A stretch of DNA of 63,683 nt, the filler included, from Chiloscyllium plagiosum (Eukaryota): NCBI RefSeq assembly GCF_004010195.1. It is 3 parts of one record of this genome, joined end to end, with 100 filler letters (N's around TTAATTAATTAA, not from the genome) between each part and the next. Parts side by side here need not be neighbours in the genome. Positions count along the whole stretch, not along the records: positions 27,779 to 53,547 come from NC_057716.1; 2 more parts are not named here. One strand, written 5' to 3'. The notes under the pieces are model-generated. The model did not search any database and was not told where the DNA came from. It saw nothing but the letters and a program-made list of their open reading frames with translations. Numbering within the stretch: position 1 is the first letter of the stretch; every line of letters starts with the position of its first letter. Positions 36,323-47,372 of the stretch are shown here, in pieces. The position numbers were made by a program, and so were the translations under genes.

Positions 36323-37560
36323 CCAGTCCAGTTACAACACTGGCATCTCCCCGACAATGTGGAAAATTGCCCAGGTATGTCCTGGACAGAAAAAGCAGGA
36401 CAGATCCAACCCGGCCAATTCCCGCCCCATCAGTCTCCTCTCGATCATCAGGAAAGTGATGGAAGGGGTCAGTAACAGAGCTATCAAGCAGCACCTGCTC
36501 AGCAATAACCTGCTCAGTGACACCCAGTTTGGGTTCCCCCAGGGTCACTCAGCTCCTGACCCCATTACAGCCTTGGGTCAAACATGGACAAAGGAGCTGG
36601 ATTCCAGAGGGGAGGGGAGAGGGACAGCCCTTGACATCAAGGCTGCATTCGACCGAGTGTGGCATCACGGAGACCTGGCTAAACTGGGATCAATGGGTAT
36701 CAGAGGGCAAACTCTCCGCTGGTTGGAGTCATACCTGGCACAGAGGAAGATGGTTGTGGTTGATGGAGGGTCAGTCATCTCAGCTCCAGGACATCTCTGC
36801 AGGAGTCCCTCAGGGAGCGTCCTAGACCCAACCATCTTCAGCTGCTTCATCAATGACCTTCCCTCCATCAGAAGGTCAGAAGTGGGGATGGTCCCCGATG
36901 ATTACACAATGTTCAGCACCATTCACCACTCCTCAGGTACTGGAGCAGTCCATGTTCAAATGGAACAAGATGTGGACAATATCCAGGCTTGGGCTGACAA
37001 GGGGCAAGGAACATTCGTCCCTCACAGAGGTCAGGCTGTGACCATCAGCGATAAGAAACAATCTAATCACCGCTCCTTGACACTCAATGGTGTTCCCATC
37101 ACTGAATCCCCCCTGTCACCATCCTGGGGGTTACCACTGACCAGAAACTCAACTGGACTCACCGCATAAACACAGTGGCTACAGGAGCAGGTTAGAGGCT
37201 AGGAATACTGCAGAGAGTAACTCCTCTCCTGACTCCCCCAAAGTCTGTCCACCATCTACAAGGCACAGGTCAGGAGTGTGATGGAATATTCCCCACTTGC
37301 CCTGGATGGGGGCAGCTCCAACAACACTCAAGAAACTCAACACCATCCAGGACAAAGCAGCCGTTTGATTGGCACCACATCCACAAACACCCACTCCCTC
37401 CCCCACCCACACTCAGTAGCAGCAGTGTGTACCAGCTACAAGATGCACTGCAGAAACTCACCAAAGACCCTCAGACAGCACCTTCCAAACCCACAGCCAC
37501 TTCCATCGAGAAGGACAAGGGCAGCAGATACACGGGAACACCACCCCCTGCAAGTTCCCC
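36323..37560 (+). mobile_element. Second LINE family (CR1/L2 group) RT region, pseudogenised; related fragment at 35205-35455
   Basis: WKIAQVCP..KKQDRSNPANSRPISLLS...ALDIKAAFDRVWH...INDLPS...VPDD. Confidence 0.88.
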
Positions 37561-37895
37561 TCTGAGCCACACACATAGCCCTGGTGAGAATTCCTCTTCA
37601 CAAAGCAGCACAGATTCACCAGAATATTACCACAGAATGCAGAAGCTCAGAACTGTGACTGCGCAGAAGAAGGCCATTCAGCCCATGCTGCCTGGACTGG
37701 CTCTGTTACTAATCCGGTTCCATTACCCTGTACCAGTCTCCTCCCGTTACCCCATGACCCTGCATGTCATTACTATCCATGGCTTGCCCCTCTCAGTTGA
37801 ACTTGATAAGCTGACCTTAACACTACGCTCCTGGGTCAACCCCTGGTTACAGCAAAATATTTTCAAACTCAATTTTCACCACACATTGCGAACCA

Positions 37896-38108
37896 TGATT
37901 CGGAGATGCCGGTGTTGGACTGGGGTGGACAAAGTTAAAAATCACACAACACCAGGTTATAGTCCAACAGGTTTAATTGGAAGCACTAGCTTTCGGAGCG
38001 CTGCTCCTTCATCAGGTGGTTGTGAAGGACACAATTGTCTTACAAAGCGAGTGCTTTCAAATAAACCTGTAGGACCATAACCTGGTGTTGTGTGATTTTT
38101 AACTTTGT
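37896..38108. mobile_element. Fold-back insert of another Penelope family with an intact hammerhead motif (37984-38018, -)
   Basis: Arms acaaagttaaaaatcacacaacaccaggttat / ataacctggtgttgtgtgatttttaactttgt. Minus strand: cac-CTGATGA-a-ggagc-agc-gctcc-GAAA-g-CTA-gtg. Degenerate 13-bp TSD. Confidence 0.8.
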
Positions 38109-38439
38109 ACATTCCAAACCAGATAACCTTGTGTTCTGTGGGGGAACCTGTCACCCAATGAAGCCCATCTGAGAGAACAAATCCCCCTTCCTTTCTGAAT
38201 GCAGAATATCTCAGCATGTTAAAAATCTCTCCTCCTGTTCTGTTTGCCCCCAACAGGATACGCTGTCCTCCCGCCTCTTCTCAGTATGAGCCGATAGTAA
38301 TCTGATCTGTTTGACGAGGTGACCTTTCACAGGATTTGCTTGGTCCAATAGAGAAAGCCAACCCTCCTCAACCTTTCATCTGAAATCAAAACATGTTATC
38401 CTGGGGTTTATCCCAGACAACACAAGAATAAACCCAACT

Positions 38440-39355
38440 TGAACTGGAGTTTAATGCTGAAAAGTGTGAGGTGATTCGCTTTGGTCAGAGTACTGGGCTA
38501 ACGGTGAGATTCTTGGGAGTGCAGATGAGCAGAGAGACATCGGTGTCCATGTACATAGACCCCTGAAAGTTGCCACCCAGGTTGATAGGGTTGCTATGAA
38601 GGCATACGGTGTGTTAGCTTTTATTGGTAGAGGGATTGAGTTTCGGAACCACGAGGTCATGCTGCAGCTGTACAAGACTCTGGTGCGGCCGCACTTGGAG
38701 TATTGTGTCCAGTTCTGGTAACCACATTATAGGAAGGATGTGGAGCTTTGGAAAGGGTTCAGAGGAGATTTACTGGGATGTTGCCTGGTATGGAGGGAAG
38801 GGCTTACGAGGAAAGGCTGAGGGACTTGAGGCTGTTTTTGTTAGAGAGAAGAAGGTTGAGAGGTGACTTAATAGAGACATATAAGATAATCAGAGGGTTA
38901 GATAGGGGGGACAGTGAGAGCCTTTTTCCTCAGATGGTGATGACTAGCATGAGGGGACATAGCTTTAAATTGAGGGGTCTGCAGATGCTGGAAACCAGAT
39001 TCTGGATTAGTGGTGCTGGAAGAGCACAGCAGTTCAGGCTTTTGCCCGAAACGTCGATTTCGAAGCTCCTTGGATGCTGCCTGAACTGCTGTGCTCTTCC
39101 AGCACCACTAATCCAGAAGATATAGGACAGATGTCAGAGGTAGTTTCTTTACTCGGAGAATAGTAGGGGTGTGGAACGCCCTGCCTGGAACAGTAGTAGA
39201 CTCGCCAACTTTAAGGGCATTTAAATGGTCATTGGATAGACATATGGATGTGAATGGAATAGTGTAGGTTAGATGGGCTTCAGATTGGTTCCACAGGTCA
39301 GTACAATATCGAGGGCCGAAGGGCCTGTACTGTGCTGGAATGTTCTATGTTCTAT
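38440..39355 (+). mobile_element. CR1 3' portion with a fold-back Penelope insert at about 38978-39117
   Basis: LYKTLVRPHLEYCVQFW, ERVQRRFTGMLPG, tail (ttctatg)n. Confidence 0.88.
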
Positions 39356-39554
39356 GAACTGTTAGTGCTCCCATGGATTGTGTGGCTGATTCACTGATGC
39401 TAGTTCCCATTTGTAGGGCAACTCTGTCCATTGGCATCAACATTGTGGAGAACTCTGGGACTCAGCAGTAGACACGGCCAGGCCTGGGCAGAGCTGGTCA
39501 TGCCCCAGGGTCAGTTACAAACTGCATGAACCTGCAGCGGGCTCAGGGTCTTAC

Positions 39555-39671
39555 CCTCTGGCTGGTCCTCTCGCTGAGCGTTGAAGTTCTCGTAGGAATC
39601 CCAGCGAATCAGAGGGTCAGCTGTGTTATAATCGACAGAGACACTCGGGCCATTCTCCAGGTGCTCCATCC
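39555..39671 (-). CDS. TNS1: Tensin-1 internal coding exon following the C2 domain (117 nt, phase 1 to 1)
   Basis: Minus strand: tttcttgtttccgactctccAG|GGATGGAGCAC...CCAGAGG|GTAAGA. Translates (G)[38 protein letters not shown], near-identical to TNS1 [30 protein letters not shown] (recalled). Splices in frame to the 66-nt exon. Confidence 0.95.
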
Positions 39672-39739
39672 CTGGAGAGTCGGAAACAAGAAACACTGTT
39701 AACATCCAGCAGGCCCAAGGTTCGGAAAAACGGAACAAA

Positions 39740-41760
39740 CTGAAAAATCTGCAGAGGCTGGAAATCTGCAACAAAATCAGGAATTGCTGGAAAAGCTAAC
39801 AGAGAGAAAACACAGTTAACATTTCGGGTCCAGTGACCCTTCTTCAGAACTGATGGTAGCTGGGAAAACAGCGGTATTTATGCAGAAGGTGGGGTGGGGC
39901 GGAGGGGGGAGGAGTAAATGACAGATGGAGATAGAGCCCAAAAAGAAACAAGAAGTTGAATAGACAAAGAATGGGTCCAGGTCAGTCTGGGGGAATGAGT
40001 GGCTGCTCATGGGGATTGTTAGTGTCTGGCAATGAGTTGGGTGTAATAGCAGTCCATGTGATAAGAAGGCCTGGTGTGTGGGGTAAGGACATGGGGGGAG
40101 GTGTCTCAGGCTGTAAAATTATTGAACTCAATTTGAGTACAGAAGGGTGCAGGGTCCCCAAGTGGAAAGCGAGGGGCTGTTCTTCCAGCTTGTGCTGAGC
40201 TTCCCTGGAGCACTGCAGCAAGCCTGAGGCAGAGAGGTTGGCCAGGATAGACAAGCAGGAGGCTGGGAAAACACAGCAAGCCAGGCAGCATCAGGAAGTG
40301 GAGAGGTCAACGTTTTGGGTGTAACCCTTCCTCAGGACTGGGGGTGGGTGTAGGGGGAGCTGCAGATGAAGCTGGACAGGCGGGTGGGAAGTGGAGGGGG
40401 CCGCGGGGTAGTGAGGTAGAGACAGGTGAACAGAGGTAGACAGTACATCCTGATTGGTTGATGGGAGAATCAATCTGGTCGGTATCTGGAAGGAAGGGTC
40501 GATCAGAGGAATGGAAAGGAGGGGGAGAGGCTGGGAAGGGAGTCAGGGGGATGGGAAGGGAGGGTATTTACAATTGGAAAACTCAATGTTGAGTCTTCCA
40601 GAATTGCGGATTGCTATTCTCCTGATTTGTTGCTGATTCCTGTTTGTCCCCATTCACATCTAACAATCCCTCAATTCTCCACCACAGTCACTCAAAATAG
40701 TGCCTGACTTGTGCTACAGTGACCTGAGTTATAATGCTATTTGGCCAGGTAAACAATCTCCTACCTTTTAAGCTTCACTCAGTTTGGTAGGGTTGGCGGA
40801 CATGTTTAAGATGATGCGTTGAATGCAGACACTGGTGGGGTGGTGGGTGAGGACAAGGGGGAAACCGGTCTTGATGCATTTGGAGGGGGGCATTTGGAAT
40901 GGGTAATGGAGGAGGTGTGGTGAATGGCTGTCTGAGTGATAGAGGGGAGAATAGCACATTGTTCGAAATAGGTGGACATTTGGGATGTCTCCTCATCCGA
41001 GCAGATGCGGTGGAGGCGGAGGAATTGGGAAAACAGGATGGAATTCTTAGAGGATACTGGTGGGAGGAGGTGTAATCCAGGGAGTTATGGGAGTCTGTGG
41101 GTTTGCAGTAAATGTCTGTCACAAGATTGTCACCGGAGATGGAAATGGAGAGGACGGGGTGGGGGGGGTCCAAGATGGACCACATGAATTCAAGGCCAGG
41201 GTGGAAGTTGGACTGGGAACAGAAGGGTGTGTTGAAGTGGCAGGTTTTCGGAAGCTCAGAGTCTTTGTAACAGAACGTTGATGACTGGCGGTCACCCAGT
41301 CTACGCAGTGTTTCCCCAGTGCAGAGGAGACCACACAGTGAGCAGCAAATGCCATAGACATGACTGAGTGAAGAGCAGGTAAACTGCGGCTTCACCTGGA
41401 AGGTGTGCTTTGGCCCTTGGATAGTGAGGACGGGGGAGGGAAATGGGCGTTACACCTTCTGCGTTGCAGAGGAAGGTGCCATGGGGCTGTGGGGAGGTGT
41501 TCGTAGTGAAGGAGAAGTAGACCAGGTGTCCCGGAGGGAATGGTCTCTGCGGAATGCGGACGAGGGAGGGGAGGGGAATGTGTGTTTAGTGGTGACATCT
41601 TGGAGGTGGTGAAAGTGGAGGTTAATGATCCTCTGGCTGTGCATATGTTGGGATGGTGAGTAAGGACAGGGAGACACTATTGCTGTAGTGGGAGGGGAGA
41701 GAGGGGGCACGGGGGCAGACCCAGCTGAGGGCCCTGTCGACTATAATACTGGGGAACCCT
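39740..41760 (-). mobile_element. Cluster of decayed Penelope (Neptune-type) elements with RT-thumb and GIY-YIG remnants and terminal hammerheads
   Basis: LSISISGDNLVTDIYCKPTDSHNSLDYTSSH (RT); QFTCSSLSHVYGICCSLCGLLCTGETLRRLGDR (GIY-YIG); hammerhead-like motifs at 39813-39852 and about 40303-40340. Confidence 0.85.
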
Positions 41761-41944
41761 CAGTTCAGGAGACAATGGGAGGATGGAATACAGTCTTCAC
41801 AGGAAACAGGGCGTGAGGCAAATTATCCAATGGAAATGACATAATCGGAATAAGTTCCCTCTCTTGTCTGGAAGTAGAATTGTTTATTAAATTCCATCTG
41901 ACTCTCATCTTCACCTGGTCCACCTCTGACCAGGTGAAGATGAG

Positions 41945-43070
41945 AGTGTGTGTGGGACTGTTCCCCAGTGAGAGTCAGTGTGTGTGGGACTGTACCCCAG
42001 TGAGAGTCAGTGTGTGTGGGACTGTACCCCAGTGAGAGTCAGTGTGTGGGGGGGACTGTACCCCAGTGAGAGTCAATGTATGTGTGGGACTGTACCCCAG
42101 TGAGAGTCAGTGTATGTGTGGGACTGTACCCCAGTGAGAGTCAGTGTATGTGTGGGACTGTACCCCAGTGAGAGTCAGTGTATGTGTGGGACTGTACCCC
42201 AGTGAGAGTCAGTGTATGTGTGGGACTGTACCCCAGTGAGAGTCAGTGTATGTGTGGGACTGTACCCCAGTGAGAGTCAGTGTATGTGTGGGACTGTACC
42301 CCAGTGAGAGTCAGTGTATGTGTGGGACTGTACCCCAGTGAGAGTCAGTGTATGTGTGGGACTGTACCCCAGTGAGAGTCAGTGTATGTGTGGGACTGTA
42401 CCCCAGTGAGAGTCAGTGTATGTGTGGGACTGTACCCCAGTGAGAGTCAGTGTATGTGTGGGACTGTACCCCAGTGAGAGTCAGTGTATGTGTGGGACTG
42501 TACCCCAGTGAGAGTCAGTGTATGTGTGGGACTGTACCCCAGTGAGAGTCAGTGTATGTGTGGGACTGTACCCCAGTGAGAGTCAGTGTATGTGTGGGAC
42601 TGTACCCCAGTGAGAGTCAGTGTGTGTGGGACTGTACCCCAGTGAGAGTCAGTGTGTGTGGGACTGTACCCCAGTGAGAGTCAGTGTGTGTGGGACTGTA
42701 CCCCAGTGAGAGTCAGTGTGTGTGGGACTGTACCCCAGTGAGAGTCAGTGTGTGTGGGACTGTACCCCAGTGAGAGTCAGTGTGTGTGGGACTGTACCCC
42801 AGTGAGAGTCAGTGTGTGTGGGACTGTACCCCAGTGAGAGTCAGTGTGTGTGGGACTGTACCCCAGTGAGAGTCAGTGTGTGTGGGACTGTACCCCAGTG
42901 AGAGTCAGTGTGTGTGGGACTGTACCCCAGTGAGAGTCAGTGTGTGTGGGACTGTACCCCAGTGAGAGTCAGTGTGTGTGGGACTGTACCCCAGTGAGAG
43001 TCACAGTGTGTGTGGGAGTGTGCCCCAGTGAGGGTCAGTGTGTGTGGGAGTGTACCCCAGTGAGGGTCAT
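41945..43070 (+). repeat. 32/34-bp minisatellite (agtgt[at]gtgtgggactgtaccccagtgagagtc)n
   Basis: About 34 near-identical units. Confidence 0.97.
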
Positions 43071-44157
43071 ATGGAGTGGGATAAAGTGGAGTATCAATGA
43101 ACAACACTTTTTTCGCTGTTGACTGATGAGTAAGTTCTGGATTGGAGTGTGAAGTTTCCTGCGCAGACACAGACACACCTGCAGCTGTGTGTGTGCCAAC
43201 ACGTGTGCGATGAATCTTGGACAGACTGTATAACAATATGAACAACAACTGTCAGCCCTTCTGCCCATCAAATCTGTTCCATCTGTATCGGACCTGTTTA
43301 AATTGCTTCGTTCACAGCGGTTTTAACGGTTAGATGGCTATGTGATCCCACTAATGTTCTGGACTGAGAAACATTTTCCCCATTTCCTTCCTGAGGAGGG
43401 GGCCTCTCTCAGGTGGAGAGTCGCTTCCTCACCCCTGCACTGAGCTCAAACACGGTTCTGAGGGCCACACTTCAAGGGTCCGGGTACCATGTCCATCTCC
43501 TGAGTAGGGTTAGTGGGGGGCAGAAGTGGGCCGTACACCCCCCCCTTCCCCTCTGGCTGCAGTTAGGAAGAACACATTGACCTGTGTACCTGAGTACACC
43601 TGTGTGTGCGTTCCTGTGTGCCAGTGTGAAGCCCCTGGGTTGTGTGGAGAGGCCTAGACTAGCCTCTGAGATAATGCCTCTTCCTCAGGTGCACTACTGG
43701 AAGGTCCAGCAGCATAGTGTGAACGTCTCTGAGCTAATTATTCGAGTGCCTGCACTCATACTGTCTGTTCTGTTAACACACAGTTGTTCCACTCCCGTGC
43801 AATCCTGCATTACAAGGAAATCATGTAATAGCAGCACCATTTGAGCTCCTGGGACAGGAATCACATTCGAGACAATACAGGTCAGGAAAGCTCGCATTCT
43901 ACAACTAACAGCCCAAATCCTTCAACCACATCATAGCCAATTCGCTTTGAAGAAACTCGAGTTATCACAGAATTGACTGGACTCTGTGCAGATGGTTCAA
44001 ACCCCACAACACAAGCTGGTGATCTGGAAATTCATAAAAACATTCTGAAAAATTTAAGCATCAGAGAGAGTGACCATGACAACAAACACTGATAGTCGGA
44101 GAAAACCCCCATCTGCTTTACTCATGTCCTTTCAGGAAGAAAACTGCCATTGTTACC

Positions 44158-44387
44158 CAGGGAAAAGTGAGGACTGCAGAGACTGGAGATCAGAGTCTAG
44201 ATCAGAGTGGTGCTGGAAAAGCACAGCAGGTCAGGCAGCATCCGAGGAGCAGGAAAATCGGCGTTTCGGGCAAAAGCCCTTCATCAGGATTGAATGCTTC
44301 AGTCCTGATGAGTGGCCTTTGCCCAAAATGTCGGTTTTCCTGCTCCTCGGATGCTGCCTGACCTGCTGTGCTTTTCCAGCACCACTC
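44158..44387. mobile_element. Fold-back Penelope-derived insert within a family-B SINE, 18-bp degenerate TSD
   Basis: aaaactgccattgttacc (44140-44157) / aaaacagccatccttacc (44388-44405); two back-to-back CTGATGA cores. Confidence 0.8.
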
Positions 44388-45125
44388 AAAACAGCCATCC
44401 TTACCTGGTCTGGCCTACACGTGACTCCAGACCCACAACAATGGGGGAGGGGTAACTGTTAACTGCCCTCTGAAATGGCCCAGCGAGGCATTCAGTTTCA
44501 AGGGGCAATTAAGGACAGGTAACAAACACCAACCCTGCCAGCCTCACCCATACCCTGTGAGAAACACAGCCAGAGTGCTCATGGTATGATTGGATGGACC
44601 AGAGGAAGTGGCAGGGGTTTCCTGTGGGCAGTAGGGAGTGGGGTGAGTTGGCAGTGGGCTCTCATTTTGTCTGACACACCATCCCGATCTGTACAGGACA
44701 CCCCACCCCCCCCAAAGGGTCTCACTGGGACAGTGATGTTCAGCTGCACTTTGGGTAAGGCCAGGTTTGAACTGGCCTCCTGCTGGTTTCTACCTGGAGC
44801 CAGCTCTCAGGGAAAGACCATCGTTTTCATTTCAATCAGCCGTGGAATCTGCCCACCCCCTTTACAGACCCCCCAAGTGTCTGTGTGTAATCAGACTGCT
44901 GGCAGGGAGGAGGCGGTCATTAGAAACTGTCCTCTCAGAGGGATTGGGATTGTTCAAATCTAACCTGCAATGGAATGGAACTAACTGGGGCAAGAACCTG
45001 ACAGTGCAGGTGGAGGCCATTCGGCCCATTGAGCCTGACTGGCTCTTCAAAGAGCCTCCCACATGAACCCATCCCATCCCCATAACTCCATATCTCCCAT
45101 GGCCAATCCCACTTACCTGCACACA

Positions 45126-45410
45126 GAGTCATAGAGATGTACAGCACAGAAACAGACCTTTCGGTCCAACCCATTCATGCCGACCAGATATCCCAACCCA
45201 ATCTAGTCCCACCTGCCAGCACCNNNNNNNNNNNNNNNNNNNNNNNCTATTTACCCTATCCATGCCCCTCATAATTTTATAAACCTCTATAAGGTCACCC
45301 CTCAGCCTCCGACGCTCCAGGGAAAACAGCCCCAGCCTGTTCAGCCTCTCCCTATAGCTCAAATCCTCCAACCCTGGCAACATCCTGGTAAATCTTTTCT
45401 AAACATTTTC
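45126..45410 (-). mobile_element. CR1 3' end
   Basis: MLPGLEDLSYRERLNRLGLFSLERRRLRGDLIEVYKIMRG. Confidence 0.88.
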
Positions 45411-45414
45411 AAGT

Positions 45415-45545
45415 TTCACAGGACTTTGGGAGGAAACCGGAGCATCCGGAGGAAACCCACGCAGACACGGGGAGAATGTGCAAACTCCACACAGTCAGTC
45501 GTCTGAGGGTGGAATCGAACCGGCAATGCTGTGAGGCGGCAGTGC
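45415..45545 (-). mobile_element. HE1-type V-SINE fragment
   Basis: Reverse V-domain. Confidence 0.75.
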
Positions 45546-45764
45546 GAAGCATAGATGCAACCAAATGGAGCAAGACGAAAACATCTGAGGGTGAGAAGGA
45601 TCCACACACTCAGCTCAATCCTCCCAGGACTAACACTCCTTTGTTTTTCTTCCCCCTCTCCCTCCTGCAGTCAGGTCTGGTTTCACTTTGATTTCCATGT
45701 TCCTGTCCCCTCTCGGTTTGGAACCACCGGTGTGAAACCCTCCTTCTGGGTATGTCCCCGATAA

Positions 45765-46106
45765 AAGCACGGTGGCTCAGTGGTTAGCACTGCTGCTTCC
45801 CAGCGCCAGGGAACCTGGATTCGATTCCAGCCTCGGGTGGAGTTTGCACATTCTCCCCCGTGTCTGCGTGGGTTTCCTCTGGGTGCTCCGGTTTCCTCCC
45901 ACAGGCTGAAGGTGCGTGGGTTAGGGTGGATTGCCCACGCTAAATTGCCCCATAATATTCAGGGATGTGTAGGTTAGGTGCTTTAGTCAGGGGTAAGTGT
46001 AGAGTAATAGGGTAGGGGGAAATGGGTCTGGGTGGGTTACTCTGCGGAGGGTCAGTGTGGACTGGTTGGGCCAAATGGCCTGTTTCCACACTATAGGGAT
46101 TCTATG
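45765..46106 (+). mobile_element. HE1-type V-SINE, near full length
   Basis: A/B boxes, V-domain, tail ggcctgtttccacactatagggattctatg. Confidence 0.88.
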
Positions 46107-46189
46107 AAAAAAAAACTCAGACCAGTTCTACATTTCTGATTCTCCCAGTAGGATTCCTCCCCTCTGTCAATCTCTCCTCAAACTCAGTA

Positions 46190-46500
46190 CACCCAGCCTC
46201 CCACCCTCTCCCCATATCCCTCAACCTCACCTTCACCCCATATCACCCAATCCCAACCTTTTCCCCATATCCCTCAATCCCAGGCCTTCCCCATATCTCT
46301 CAACTCCCACTTTCAACCCATATCCCTCAATCCCACATTAACCTCATATCCCTCAACCATGCTCCTCAGTCCCCACCTTCTCCCTAATGTCCCTCAACCC
46401 CATATTCTTCCTATCCCTCAATCCCACACCCTTCCCCTGTTCTTCAGCAACAGCTTCTCGCCATTTCCCTGAACCCCACCTTCTCCTCATTTCCCTCAAT
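46190..46500. repeat. Degenerate C-rich repeat (cccatatccctcaa core)
   Basis: Core recurs at least 7 times. Confidence 0.7.
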
Positions 46501-47372
46501 CCTTTCGGTACCCTGAAAGACGTGTGGTTCTCTGGCTGTATCCGATCCATCCTCCTCAGGATCTGTGACTGTCCCTTTCATTGGAGGGAGATCCCAAGGT
46601 CTCAGAGTGACCTCACAGGAGGATAAACCAAGCCAAGGGGAACATTCAAACAAAATGAAATAAAAAACAAACAACAGGCAGGAAAATGATTGTCAAGTAA
46701 AACCACGGAAAATACACTGTCTTTATCTGTAAATAGCAAGAGAATAACTACAGTAAGGTTTGAGTTGAATCAGGAGCTTGTGGGTAAGTTTTGTGTAGAC
46801 TGTATTCATAAAAGACGAGGAAGGACAGGGATTGTAATCAGGGAGGGGGAGGGGGGAATATGCGGTGGAATTTATACAATGAGAGAGGAACTGCTAAGGT
46901 GTTTAAAAGTCTTTGACAGTGCACAAATCACAAAGTACAGACAAAAGAAGTCCCAGGTCATTCGGGAGCTAGGTCATTCGGGAATAGGAAAGGCTGAGGG
47001 AAAACCTAATGGAAGTGGGAGAGCAGGGCCTAATCATGGGTCATTGGCTGGGGGGATTAAGGGAGAAATGGTTTCACAAGAGGGTGCAGATGAACTTGAA
47101 TTGCTAGTCTGGAAGGATGGTACATTTCAAACAGGTAATCATGGAAGAGAATCGAGTATAGGCGTTGGGATGACATGTTACAGCTGTTACAAGGTGTTGG
47201 TGAGGTCTCTCTGGAGGACTGTGTACAATTCTGATCATCCGACCATAGGAAGTAAACTTAAACCCTTCCAAGTTTCACAACATCCCTCCAACGCATGGAG
47301 ACCGGAATTGCACACAGTATTCCAAAGGGAGGCTGACAGCCTCAACCATGAGATCCAAAATCCTGTTCTCAA

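Noticed and set aside
36282..37169. 295-aa RT-like ORF as an active or domesticated gene
   Set aside because: Starts in a Penelope insert, contains a frameshifted segment and has a disrupted catalytic motif.
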